Assembly: GCA_977017575.1 (NCBI GenBank)
Contig: CDRNVI010000039.1
Span: 248,001 to 312,000, forward strand
DNA from: Paramoeba atlantica
Lineage: Eukaryota; Protista; Discosea
Direction of reading: 5' to 3'
DNA: 64,000 nucleotides
Part shown: one piece after another, positions 52,092 to 62,222 of the stretch
Layout of the letters: each line of letters starts with the position of its first letter
Numbering within the stretch: the first letter of the stretch is position 1
Program-made: the position numbers and the translations under genes
The notes under the pieces: generated by a model
Told to the model about the DNA's origin: nothing
What the model saw: only the letters and a program-made list of their open reading frames with translations
Databases searched by the model: none

Positions 52092-53192
52092 CTACCCCTC
52101 CCCTCGCCCCCCCTCCCCCTCCCTCACCCTCCTCAGCAACCCCTCCACCACCCCCTCACTCAGCCCCTCCACATACCCCGTGGCGTCCCTTAACGTGTGG
52201 TGGACCAGCCCCCGCACAACCCCCCCCCGGTCCCCCACCACCTGCTCCCTTCGCCGGGTGCGCAGGAACCCCTGCGCGGCCCCGTCGAGCATACGCATCT
52301 TCATCCCGGGGCTCACCCCGTCAAGGTACCGCCGGACCCGCACCACGTACTCCGCGGCGCGGGAGAGCTCGGGCTGCACCTCGTCGTAGGTGAAGGGGGG
52401 GACGGCCCAGGCCTTGCGGAACCGGATGTGGTCCCAGAACACGCGGTACGCCGCGACCAGGCGGGCGACCTGGGCCTGGGAGGCCGGGGAGAGGGGGAGG
52501 GGGAGCGCGTCGAGGGGGGAGGGGTCGGGGCTGTGGGGGGAGCTGTGGGGGGGACGATGCTGTAGGTAGTGTGGGGGACTGTGTTGTGGACTGTGTTGTG
52601 GACTGTGTTGGGTGCTCAGTGGGGAGTGGTGTGGGGGACTGTGTTGTGTGCTTCGTTGTGGACGGTGCTGTGTTGTCCGTTGAGGGTTGTGTTGGGGTTT
52701 GTGTTGGGGACTGTGCTGGGGGTTGTGTTGCCTGCTGTGCTGGGATCTGTGTTGGGGGGTGTGTTGCGTACTGTGTTGGGAGTTGTGTTGTGCTCTGTGT
52801 TGGAGATTGTGTTGCGTGCTGGGTTGGGGGTTGTGTTGGAGATTGTGCTGGGGGTTGTGTTGAGGGTTGTGTTCGGGTTTGTGTTGTGGAGGATCTTGTA
52901 GGATGAAGGCGTTGGAGGGGACAGAAACAACGGGGAGAGTGGAATCCGTGGTGGTGGTGGGGGTGGGAGAGGGGTGGGATAAGGTGAAGGCGGAAGAGGA
53001 GGGGGAGGAGGATGAGGGTAAGGAGGGGGTGGGGGAGGGTTGTGTGGGGGAAGGGGAGGAGGGGGTAGGGGAGGATGAGGGGGAGTGGGGAAGGAGGGCA
53101 AGGGCGTGTGGGTAACTGGATGGTAAAGGGTTGGGGTCTCGGAGATGGGGTGGGGTGAAGCGGTAGAGGAAGCGGAAGAAGGTACGACGCAT
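52092..53192 (-). CDS. Low-complexity Pro/Ser/Gln/His-rich protein, probably mitochondrial
   Basis: MRRTFFRFLYR presequence, Pro/Ser tract, (P/T)QH(N/S) tetrapeptide repeats and a short globular C-terminus. Confidence 0.65.
   Translation of the reverse strand: MRRTFFRFLYRFTPPHLRDPNPLPSSYPHALALLPHSPSSSPTPSSPSPTQPSPTPSLPSSSSPSSSAFTLSHPSPTPTTTTDSTLPVVSVPSNAFILQDPPQHKPEHNPQHNPQHNLQHNPQPSTQHNLQHRAQHNSQHSTQHTPQHRSQHSRQHNPQHSPQHKPQHNPQRTTQHRPQRSTQHSPPHHSPLSTQHSPQHSPQHSPPHYLQHRPPHSSPHSPDPSPLDALPLPLSPASQAQVARLVAAYRVFWDHIRFRKAWAVPPFTYDEVQPELSRAAEYVVRVRRYLDGVSPGMKMRMLDGAAQGFLRTRRREQVVGDRGGVVRGLVHHTLRDATGYVEGLSEGVVEGLLRRVREGEGGRGEG
52560..52890. repeat. Degenerate 12-bp tandem repeat encoding xQHx tetrapeptides
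   Basis: ctgtgttgtgga-like units repeated through the region. They explain the spurious Val/Cys/Gly-rich plus-strand ORFs. Confidence 0.85.
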
Positions 53193-53569
53193 GGGGAGGG
53201 GGGGAGGAGGGCGGAGGGGAGCGAAAAAATGAAATTGGTATATTTAAATTTGTTTAATAAACCTTTATTTTGTGAAGGAGAAAGAATTAAACATTCAAGA
53301 AATGGTCTTCTCTATTCAAGGAAAGGAAATAGATAATGTATAATGTTAGTCAATATGCCAAAACTTAGTAAAAATAGGGCACCATATGGAGCTATAAGCT
53401 TGGACTACTAAAGCACAGATAATTTTTGCGTTCAAAAATAGATTTAGTTTGTAGGAAAACTGAGAAGACGTAGATCTCCCTCTCTCTTGAGCTAGATGAC
53501 AAAGCTTCTGGACAAACAGTGTACGAAACAACCTCCGTACCTAAAAGTCTGTCACGCCATTCAGAACGT

Positions 53570-55243
53570 CTAGTATTTTTTCTTTGTCGCCGCGATCAAT
53601 TTGGTGCGAAGGGAATTCGAACAGATCGAAGAAGCTGTCAAATCCGAGCTAAGTGAACTAAGTGATCGGGAAAGCGAGGATTGCCGAGAAGCTGAGGAAC
53701 TAAAGTCAGAACTCATGTCGGAAGCCTCTGCGCTGCTAAGCGAGTCAGAATCAGACTCGTTATGGGTATGGGCTCTGTGTTTCCGTGCGTCTCTGTGCCG
53801 TTCTGCATCTCTCGCAGGAAAACCTTTATGTTCTTTGGATTGAATAGGATGGTCGTGAGTGGGACATTGTTCCCTTGTATGATGACTTCTGCGTTCATGA
53901 TGATGATGATGGTGGTGGTGATGCCGATGTCGATGTTGGTGCGCATGAGGATGATGTGTAGAAGAACGCAGAGCATCACGCCCCTGGTACTGTGGTGAAG
54001 AATGTTTATCTATAGGCCCTGGATGTATCTCCTGAGTCGTACCCTTTTCTATTGGAGAGAGATCGCGCTGCTCCGAGGGGAACATGTCGTTGGCCCGAAA
54101 AGAGTCCATCGTGGCGAGTTCGGGGTGTTGCCGACGCTTTCTGGATCGAGATGTCTCCGGTTCACTCATGTTAAGAAGGAGCGAAGTTACGGGGTTGTAG
54201 GACTCCACAGGCACTGGTTCTTTTACTTTCTTTTTGCTTCGTTTTGGCACCTCGCGGTACGGTTTTCGGTGCGAAGAAGTCTCCGCAATGTGCGGATCCT
54301 TTGTATTCGCCACATCCTCTGTAGGAGGTAAAGCACGTTCAGGTACTTGTTTTAAGGGCTCCAGCACAGTCGGACGCTCTGTGGTACTCAACTTGTCCCC
54401 CGCTGTCTTCGGCACCTCCATGTCACATGTTGGCTCGACAGAAAAACTTCTCTCCTTCACCACCTCAGATGTATCTAAGATACATCTATCTTCCACCTTC
54501 CTACTTTCCTGCCGAAAAAGTTCTCCTTTCTCCTTCCCCTCTCCCGCATCATCGTTCAGCTCCGGCTCTGCCATTCCAATACCCCATGACCGCAACGCCT
54601 CCTCCGTGAGTGCGCTCGGTTCTATCCGCTCCCTGTTCTCAACCGGATTTTCAACCCCTGATTCTGCCTCCTCCTCACCTTCTCTACGAGGAGATGGTTC
54701 CGATGTCTTCACCTTAGGGGGCTGTGGCTTACGGCGTGCCAGCCGGGAGGCGACGCGATCCCACCAGTGGTGTCGAGCTGGTCGTATCGTCTCCACGTCC
54801 CTTCCCTGGAGATAGTCCTGCAGTGAGGTCTCGGAGGCGCTATCCTCCGGGAAGTACAGCAGGGTGAACGAGATCGCGGGGTCCAGCACGGTGTGGGCCC
54901 AGCGCACGAGACGCTGCAGGGCCTGGCAAGGGCTCATGGTGTTGCTGGCCTCCCCGGGGGGAAGAACGAACGGGGGACGCCAGCTCCCGAGGGGACAAAT
55001 CTCGATACCGTGACGCTGGACAAGGTGGAAATAGCCCGGACTCTTGCCAATGGCGACGTTTAGCATGGTGTCCGCGGCGACGATACAGAACACAAAGCTA
55101 CGAGGGGGCACGATGGGACGGGGGGTGCTGAACCGCTCGTCTACACCGCGAAAGAAGGCAACGTTGTCGAGGTCGACGAACAGGACGTGATGGAGGTCTG
55201 CTCCGGGTTTGGGTCGCTCAAGGATGAGGCAGTGGGAAGACAT
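53570..55243 (-). CDS. Protein with an N-terminal PIN-like (ZNF451/PIN_11-type) domain and a disordered His/Ser-rich tail
   Basis: VLFVDLDNVAFF...LDPAISFTLL...RDVETIRP, followed by a poly-His tract and a Ser-rich C-terminus. Confidence 0.65.
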   Translation of the reverse strand: MSSHCLILERPKPGADLHHVLFVDLDNVAFFRGVDERFSTPRPIVPPRSFVFCIVAADTMLNVAIGKSPGYFHLVQRHGIEICPLGSWRPPFVLPPGEASNTMSPCQALQRLVRWAHTVLDPAISFTLLYFPEDSASETSLQDYLQGRDVETIRPARHHWWDRVASRLARRKPQPPKVKTSEPSPRREGEEEAESGVENPVENRERIEPSALTEEALRSWGIGMAEPELNDDAGEGKEKGELFRQESRKVEDRCILDTSEVVKERSFSVEPTCDMEVPKTAGDKLSTTERPTVLEPLKQVPERALPPTEDVANTKDPHIAETSSHRKPYREVPKRSKKKVKEPVPVESYNPVTSLLLNMSEPETSRSRKRRQHPELATMDSFRANDMFPSEQRDLSPIEKGTTQEIHPGPIDKHSSPQYQGRDALRSSTHHPHAHQHRHRHHHHHHHHHERRSHHTREQCPTHDHPIQSKEHKGFPARDAERHRDARKHRAHTHNESDSDSLSSAEASDMSSDFSSSASRQSSLSRSLSSLSSDLTASSICSNSLRTKLIAATKKKY

Positions 55244-55561
55244 AAATGGGGGTGAGGAGAATAAACGAGTGGTTTTGTATTTTGGCGAATAGGTGGTGCA
55301 CGTGTTGCAGAAGTAGAAAGATGTACATCTCGTAGACTACTTCAAAGAAATGAATGTTTTTATGACAGTAAATGTTTTTTAGTGAGTTAGGTGATGTGTT
55401 GAGAGACCATAGGAATAACAGAAACTGAAGAAAGGATACGAAACGTGATTGAACGTTGCGTTCTAAATTAAATTTGTGAAAAATGAAAAATTTCTAAAAG
55501 TGTGAAGTTGTTCTGAAAAACAGAAGACTGAAGGTACGGAATTGAAAGCCATAAACCTACG

Positions 55562-56695
55562 TCATGGCATGTCAACATTTTTCTTACAAAATCGCCGAAC
55601 ACACCGTACAGCTCGCAACCAGTCAGCATCCCTCACTTTCATTCTGGCCCACTGTCTATCACAATCTCCGCGTGAGTACTTCGGCGACTTTGCACTAAAC
55701 GTGTGAAAAAGATCCTCAAAATCGAATAACACCCCATCGGGTCTTGACTGTGCAACCAGGTGCAAACTTTTCAGTGCCAGCCCGATTTGAATCCAAGAAC
55801 TGTAAGCGTGTGCTACGGATTCTTCCAGCCGAGGGACAGTCTTAATTACAAAATCCATACAGTTATCGTAGCTATCTTCCATTTTAACGACCGGGGCTGT
55901 GGACTTGGACGTGATTAGCTCGCGCACAACAGAACGCGGGCGGGTGACTAAGGAGAGCTCAAAAAGTTCGTCGGGGCAGGGATTCCAGTGTAGTGGTCTC
56001 TTCAACGCAAGCTTGTCCAGAGTGGCGTCATCACCAATACTCTTTACACAGTCGTACAACCGCAGCTGTCCCCCAGTACGGTAAATTCCGGAATCAAGAA
56101 CTTCCTTCTTCCAGCGTAGCTTGAGGGAACGCGCCACAATGCGGGAGAAATTGCACAAATCCGAGATGTCCTGGAAAGCCACATCCTCTGCGATCCGGGC
56201 ATGTATGTGATAGGAAAGTTTGTTCACGGCGAAACTCTGCAGGACGACCAGTTTCGAGAATTGCTTCCCGTAGGCGAGTTGCAGCGTACGCTCTGTTTCG
56301 TCGCAGGTGGCCTCCATAAGAAGCTGTCCTTGTTGCTGCGCATGCGGATCTGACGGAGACAACGGAAGGTCGAGATCAGCACAAAAGTCCAACGGAACCC
56401 CCTCTCGTCCAAAGACCGCGTGTAGGGCACGCTGCTCTTTTGGGAGGGTAAGCACGTATCGGTAAATCTCTCTCGCCCCCGCCCCGGGCCATGAGATAAA
56501 CTCCGCAAAGGAACGTAGCTTGGACTTGTTGAGCAAAGAGATGACGTAATCGTCTGTGCTTACGATGTTGCAAAGATCTCTCAAGTTTCGAGAGACCAGG
56601 GGACGAACGCTGAACATAGGGGAGATGTAAAGGTATGAGGTGTGTGAAAAATGGCAAGATGATGTAGGAAGCTGTATTACGGTTTCGTATACCAA
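55562..56695 (-). CDS. AEP-family primase with PriCT-2 domain, mitochondrial PRI1-like (likely start ATG at 56617)
   Basis: Motif I DFCADLD, motif II KLSYHIH, motif III LDSGIYR...LRL. PriCT-2 YSSWIQIGLALK...FSAKSPKY...CDRQW. Presequence-like MFSVRPLVSR. Confidence 0.85.
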   Translation of the reverse strand: MVYETVIQLPTSSCHFSHTSYLYISPMFSVRPLVSRNLRDLCNIVSTDDYVISLLNKSKLRSFAEFISWPGAGAREIYRYVLTLPKEQRALHAVFGREGVPLDFCADLDLPLSPSDPHAQQQGQLLMEATCDETERTLQLAYGKQFSKLVVLQSFAVNKLSYHIHARIAEDVAFQDISDLCNFSRIVARSLKLRWKKEVLDSGIYRTGGQLRLYDCVKSIGDDATLDKLALKRPLHWNPCPDELFELSLVTRPRSVVRELITSKSTAPVVKMEDSYDNCMDFVIKTVPRLEESVAHAYSSWIQIGLALKSLHLVAQSRPDGVLFDFEDLFHTFSAKSPKYSRGDCDRQWARMKVRDADWLRAVRCVRRFCKKNVDMP

Positions 56696-56845
56696 GGTTT
56701 AAAAACAAAGGTAATACATATGAGGAAACATATGAGTTTTGTAAACATATGAGTAACTAGCTCAACATCCACATTAAGTGACGCTTTTTATCTCAAAAAA
56801 ATGTGAATGCCCAACTGGAAACTCGGATGTAGCAGATTTAGCAGG

Positions 56846-57553
56846 CTACAAGATTTCACCCGATTTTCTAAGTGCCTTCGTATTTTTGTGAATAAGCAGA
56901 AGGTCAGCGGGTGTCCCCGACTTGTAGTTTTCATTTTCATGATCAAAGTCGGCCTCTTCCGCCTCGTGGAGAAAAGAAGGCAAGACATTATTGGGCTTCG
57001 TTGCTTTTTCTTTTTTCCTGGGTTCGTGCCGTCGAATTTCTACCGAGTTCTCCATGTTTTTTTGTGACTGTTGTTTTTCAGCAATTACGCTTTGTGTTTG
57101 GTGTATTTTAGTTTCCAGACCACGTAGGTACGCATCGCGTTCATCGCTACTCATATTCAACACTCGTTCACGCTCCGCCTGTAAGACATCTTCCTCAAGT
57201 TTTAGAGCGTGATTTTTGGCGCGTTGCTGTGCTTCCTTTTGTTTGATATCAAGTTGTTCTACCGATTGTTTAAGTGCTTCAAGAGAATCGGCAGAGCTTT
57301 CCGCGGTTTTGTCTTCTAACGCATCCAAAAATTGGCGCTTCTGTTCCTCCGCCTGACGTGCTTTCTCATTTCCCCTTGCGACCTCTTCCTCCTTCTTTTT
57401 CTGTTTCAATGCACGTTGACGCATTTTTGCGGCGTGCTCAATATGATTTCTGCCGCTTTTAGCATCCGAATCTGGACACGCTGCTTCTTGTTGCGCTTTC
57501 AATTTTAGCGCTTTAATCTGATCTCGGTTCATACGGATAAATTTTGGAAACAA
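56846..57553 (-). CDS. Charged coiled-coil hypothetical protein
   Basis: Gene-strand ORF rich in K/E/Q heptads. Confidence 0.65.
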   Translation of the reverse strand: MFPKFIRMNRDQIKALKLKAQQEAACPDSDAKSGRNHIEHAAKMRQRALKQKKKEEEVARGNEKARQAEEQKRQFLDALEDKTAESSADSLEALKQSVEQLDIKQKEAQQRAKNHALKLEEDVLQAERERVLNMSSDERDAYLRGLETKIHQTQSVIAEKQQSQKNMENSVEIRRHEPRKKEKATKPNNVLPSFLHEAEEADFDHENENYKSGTPADLLLIHKNTKALRKSGEIL

Positions 57554-57745
57554 GGATGTTAGAAGGTAAAAAGACTACCAGCGATTAGTTTCCCATAGAC
57601 TATTCTGAATCGTTTTAGTGAACCCGATGTCTACATTCCCACACCCTTGTCATGTTTACCCTCCACATTATTTGCCAAAATTGAACAATGCTACAAGTGC
57701 TACAATTACTATACTAACCCCAACGAACACACCCTCTGTTTCGGA

Positions 57746-58960
57746 CTACAAACCCTCCTGCTTACTCCGCTGTACCCAAACCGGATACGCCACCTCCTCC
57801 GCATGCCTAAGAGCCGTCACTCTCCAATTCATTTCCGCACCCACCGCACACGACGGACCCCCCCTCTCCCCTCTCCCCACCGGACCCAGACACATCTCCA
57901 TCACGGTCATCTTCGCCGGAACATACGGCACCATGGTCCGCATCACCGGATCCAACGTCACCGAGCGAAACACCTTTAACAACCCCCGCGCCCAGGGGCG
58001 GGTCGCGGCATAGGTCGCGGCCTGGTGCCGTAACGGCACAGAGCTCTCCCCCTCCCCCTCCCCGACGCTGCCGGGCTCTGTCCCCGCGACAGCCCCCCCG
58101 ATCGCCCCCCCCTCGGGGACGTGAATCCGTTGGTGACACCAGCGGTAGTGCGGGAGGAACCGTGCGGGGTTGACCCGTACCGTGAGCACGGCACGGATGC
58201 GGAGGGAGAGGAGGGGACCGGTGGGGTCGTGCTGCCCGCTGGGGGGTATGGAGGAGGGGAAGAGGGGGGAAGAGGCATTGGTGGGGTGAATCGGGATGTC
58301 GAATTTTCCCGTGTCGACCTCAGAGGAGGGGATGGCGGTCCACGTAGGGGAGGGGTTCATAGGGGGGGTGGAAGGGGTGGAGGGTTCTTGTTCCTTTTGT
58401 TCTTCTTGCTTTTGTTCTTGTTCTTTTTGTTCTTGTTCTTGTTCTTTTTGTTCTTGTTCTTGTTCTTTTTGTTCTTGTTCTTTTTGTTTTTGTTCTTTTT
58501 GTTTTTGTTCTTCTTGTTCTTGTTTTTGTTCTTTTTCGTTTTGTTCTTGTTTTTCTGTTTCCAATGTAGAGGGGTGCGTCACGGCCACGGGGGGATGGGG
58601 TATTCGATGAGCGTATTCGAATTGGGTCACGGCGATGTGTTCTACCCAGTCGGAGCAGTGTGCGAGTTGGTAGTTGGATTCCTGGACGGCACGAAGGAGA
58701 GTGGGGGAGAAGAGGGGGAGGGGGGGTGGAGGAGAGGACCCGGTTGTGGCATCGCCGGGGGTGCTGTTTTGTGACTCAGGGGGGTCAATGCTGGGGTCTA
58801 CGGCGGCGGCGTAGCCCAGGGTGACATAGGCCTGTCGCAAGCCGGAGGAGAAGTTACAGTTGTGTCGCTGGGCCCACTTTACGAGGGGGAGGGGGAAGAC
58901 ATCCGAGGGGGGAAGCGTGGCATAGGTCTGTAACGCGGAAAGAAGTCGGGAGGAGTGCAT
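57746..58960 (-). CDS. Hypothetical, probably mitochondrial, protein with an EQK repeat insert
   Basis: MHSSRLLSAL start, central (EQKEQ)n tract and globular flanks. Confidence 0.7.
   Translation of the reverse strand: MHSSRLLSALQTYATLPPSDVFPLPLVKWAQRHNCNFSSGLRQAYVTLGYAAAVDPSIDPPESQNSTPGDATTGSSPPPPLPLFSPTLLRAVQESNYQLAHCSDWVEHIAVTQFEYAHRIPHPPVAVTHPSTLETEKQEQNEKEQKQEQEEQKQKEQKQKEQEQKEQEQEQKEQEQEQKEQEQKQEEQKEQEPSTPSTPPMNPSPTWTAIPSSEVDTGKFDIPIHPTNASSPLFPSSIPPSGQHDPTGPLLSLRIRAVLTVRVNPARFLPHYRWCHQRIHVPEGGAIGGAVAGTEPGSVGEGEGESSVPLRHQAATYAATRPWARGLLKVFRSVTLDPVMRTMVPYVPAKMTVMEMCLGPVGRGERGGPSCAVGAEMNWRVTALRHAEEVAYPVWVQRSKQEGL
58385..58560. repeat. TTG/TTC/TTT microsatellite-like tract encoding Glu/Gln/Lys repeats
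   Basis: ttgttcttgttcttttt units in tandem. Confidence 0.9.
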
Positions 58961-59167
58961 TAAAAGGAAAACACTAGGTGGGTATTGCTATAATTAAGAG
59001 AAGATACATGGAAAATCATTGTGTAGCCCATGAAGGCCTACCCCACACTTATCAAGTAAGGCAAAAGAAAATACTGAACAAATATTCTAATAATTTTGAC
59101 CTTCATACGAATATTACTAATTTACAAAGGATAAAACATTTTTTTCGATTTCGTTGTGTTGGCTACG

Positions 59168-59938
59168 TCACAGAAGCGTTTTCAAATGCTTCCACCGATA
59201 TTCGATTTGATCTGGAGATCTCCCAGGAGCCCACACGTCCTGATTGGCGTCGTATATTTGCCGATACCTGTGCCCAAAAAGTCGCACCCCTGTGCGTATC
59301 GCCTCGTCCTCCCGGGGAGAAAACGGTGCCGTGAGCCCTCGCCGGGAGGGGTGGTGTCCCATCGGACCGCACGTTGGGGTAGTTTGCTGCTCCCCTGGGA
59401 TCTCGTTAAAATTATTGTACTGCTGCACACAAAGCGGGGTGCTTGTGAGACACGAAGAGGGGAGAATAGGGAGTGCGGCCCCGTAATCCTCTCTACAGGC
59501 CTGGGTGATATCATCGCAGAGACCCCGAATGTGAGCACATTCCGCAGCGACGTCACCCACATGTGAACTCTCCTGGTGTGGCGTCGCTTGGGTTACGAGC
59601 TTACATAGTCGTGACAGAGAAGATCGCGTGCGCCCTTTCAACGTCAAGAGCGCAAAAGGAAGAATATCCTGCAGAAATTCCAATGCTGCATGTAGGGTGG
59701 CTATTTCAAGGTGGTTTGACGTATCTTGACCTTGAGATAATTCCGATTGCTCACATCGTAACACGGCCTTTTTGCATACATAAGCGGCAAGAAGCGGTGC
59801 CAATGTAGAACATTCGATGAATTCAAACCAAAAACGCTCGTTCCCAGTTATGGTCTGCAGGCTTAACAACGCGTCGGTCGCATCACTGTTTCCGTATTGC
59901 AAGTTCGCCTGGAGGATCCGGAGTATATTTTCATACAT
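59168..59938 (-). CDS. Myb/telobox-type protein, TRF-like
   Basis: C-terminal FSPREDEAIRTGVRLFGHRYRQI...GRSPDQIEYRWKHL single Myb repeat and a helical N-terminal region. Confidence 0.72.
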   Translation of the reverse strand: MYENILRILQANLQYGNSDATDALLSLQTITGNERFWFEFIECSTLAPLLAAYVCKKAVLRCEQSELSQGQDTSNHLEIATLHAALEFLQDILPFALLTLKGRTRSSLSRLCKLVTQATPHQESSHVGDVAAECAHIRGLCDDITQACREDYGAALPILPSSCLTSTPLCVQQYNNFNEIPGEQQTTPTCGPMGHHPSRRGLTAPFSPREDEAIRTGVRLFGHRYRQIYDANQDVWAPGRSPDQIEYRWKHLKTLL

Positions 59939-60109
59939 AAAATTGTTTCAAACAGAGACCACTTTTTTCTAAAACAGTGTTCTAAAATTAATTCCCTTTA
60001 CACAGAAAAAAGCTGCTGTAGTTAATTTATGCAAAAACATTATTCAACTTTTTTGACTAATTTTTCTTTTTTGAACAAAGAGATTCGTAAACATTGAAAA
60101 AACGTGCTT

Positions 60110-61633
60110 TCACTCTGGTGCTAAATGTTTTAAAAAAGGGTAAGCCGAGCTTTGAGCTTCATGCAGCACTCGCTCCACCTGTGCCGCAGGTGTGAGTAGA
60201 CGAAATGAGGCCCTAGATTCAAAACCATCAGGAGTTCGAAGCTGTTGTAGAATATGCAAATCGACAAGTGACTGTAGTACTATTTGTATGCCAGCAAAAT
60301 TGCGCATTCTCTGCGCGAGGTTAGAAATCGAATCCCCTTCACAATTTTGCGAATGCATTTCTTCGATCACCTCAAGTCGTCGGGACATGCACCATACAAC
60401 ATCCATAATTATGTCGGATGAGAGCGCGACTGGGACTTCTGGGGCAATATAGTTTCCTAGATTCGTATTTTGCGTGGAGGTACGATGTTGCACGGATTCC
60501 GCACAGCCTTGCACCTTTTGTGCATTCCAAAACACAGCAAGCACGATATGTGCAAGAAAAGGTAAGTTGCGTAGCTCTGGATACTGGCTGGGTACCAATT
60601 CATGCGCGACCAGCATTGTATATTCAGGACTAATAAGTCCAGTTCTTGGATTTTGTAGAAGTTTTGGATCAATCTGAACACTACAAGCTTGTTTAGACAA
60701 ACTTTTCCATACGGCATCACGCTCTCCGAATAATCGAAGCAGTACGTGCTCGCAAGCGTGAAGTACTCTACGAGCATCCCCTTGCGTACCCCCGCATTTC
60801 CGCATTAGAACCTGAAGAGCGATTGGAGCAAATAAAGGATAGAGGGTCCCACAGTCTGCGTCTGTTTCTTTCTGTAAAACGATTTCTGCATCAAAAACGT
60901 GGAGACGTTGCTTAATCAATCGAACCAATTCCTCCTCTGTGTAGGAGCGTATGATGCATTGTCCCGAGACACGTGACAACATTTTTGACTCATACAACGC
61001 AGGTATACCAATTTGATTTGAGATACCAAATATACAGAGATTGCTGAGAGGGTAGCGTAACAGGTCGAGCAATTGAAAGACTGTTCTCGTACGCTCCTGA
61101 GAGACAATTAACCTGTCGATTTCATCAAGAACAAGTAGGATCAACCTGCTATCTGATGGAGATCGTATTCCGTCCCAACCACTTTCGCACAGCCGCTCAA
61201 GGGTATCTGAAGCGTGTCGAGTAGCGGCAGATTTCGTTGAGGGAACGCGCGTCATTCTTTTACGTGAATCAGCTCTAGCACGACTATAAGTGTGTTGTAT
61301 TTCATGTAGTATTTCGTTTGCAATGCTCTTGGGGTTATCTATTTCGAAGCAATTGATATAGACTGGATGAACAATACCCTCGCGCTCGAGGGTCGTCATG
61401 ACCTGGCGAAGCAAAAATGTTTTTCCTACTCCAGGAGTACCGCTAACAAGAAAAAATTCTGTGCGACGTAGTTCATGACAACTACGAATAAAGTTAGTGA
61501 TGGTTTGAAACTCTTCACGCCGAGTTGAACAAAGAGATATCAAGCGTTCCCCGCTGACGCCACAGGACAGAGCTCGCGCTCCGCGAATGGTTATGTCCTT
61601 TAAATATTTAACATCAATAAGTGATTTTTCCAT
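60110..61633 (-). CDS. ORC1/CDC6-family AAA+ replication initiator
   Basis: Walker A SGTPGVGKT, VYINC, Walker B LLVLDEID, sensor GISN, YTEEELVRLIKQRL, GDARRVL, and a C-terminal winged-helix-like region. Confidence 0.9.
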   Translation of the reverse strand: MEKSLIDVKYLKDITIRGARALSCGVSGERLISLCSTRREEFQTITNFIRSCHELRRTEFFLVSGTPGVGKTFLLRQVMTTLEREGIVHPVYINCFEIDNPKSIANEILHEIQHTYSRARADSRKRMTRVPSTKSAATRHASDTLERLCESGWDGIRSPSDSRLILLVLDEIDRLIVSQERTRTVFQLLDLLRYPLSNLCIFGISNQIGIPALYESKMLSRVSGQCIIRSYTEEELVRLIKQRLHVFDAEIVLQKETDADCGTLYPLFAPIALQVLMRKCGGTQGDARRVLHACEHVLLRLFGERDAVWKSLSKQACSVQIDPKLLQNPRTGLISPEYTMLVAHELVPSQYPELRNLPFLAHIVLAVFWNAQKVQGCAESVQHRTSTQNTNLGNYIAPEVPVALSSDIIMDVVWCMSRRLEVIEEMHSQNCEGDSISNLAQRMRNFAGIQIVLQSLVDLHILQQLRTPDGFESRASFRLLTPAAQVERVLHEAQSSAYPFLKHLAPE

Positions 61634-62222
61634 AACCTTGATTAGCAGGTGCTAACGTTAGCAACAACAGAACATGTTTATCGCTATCAATTGTATTTGT
61701 AAACAGCACTTGTGAGGAGTAGTGGTGTGTTCATTTTCATCCAGTGTAGTAAATCTTACCCAATGAAAGAAATAAAAGTGCTTAGGAGAGCTTGTACGGT
61801 TATATTTCTTTTTGGTGTGTCACTCTATGACACACTGTCTATATACTTTATTTAGACAGTGTGCCCATTTTGGCATGTACAGTGTGAATATGAGAAGGTA
61901 AGGGTGTTAAATATTTGCTACGGGTGATTCGGCACTATACATTTGAGAAATAATGAAATCATGAGAGGCGCCCGCAGAGCCCGTCGCAAAATTTCAAGAG
62001 TAAAGATACGATCCTGTAAGTGTGATGCACTGTAAAATGTAACCTGTGATGTGCATGGCCCTTGGCGACAACTGAGGACGCATAGACCAGAAACAAGTAG
62101 GAGTCAGCAACGTAAGGTAAGTGAAGTAACCGAATTGTTCACTAACTTCTTGGAAGGACTTCGAGGATCATTCACAACACTCTCCTACGTGAATGTGTCC
62201 TACGATTTCGTACATGTAGTTG

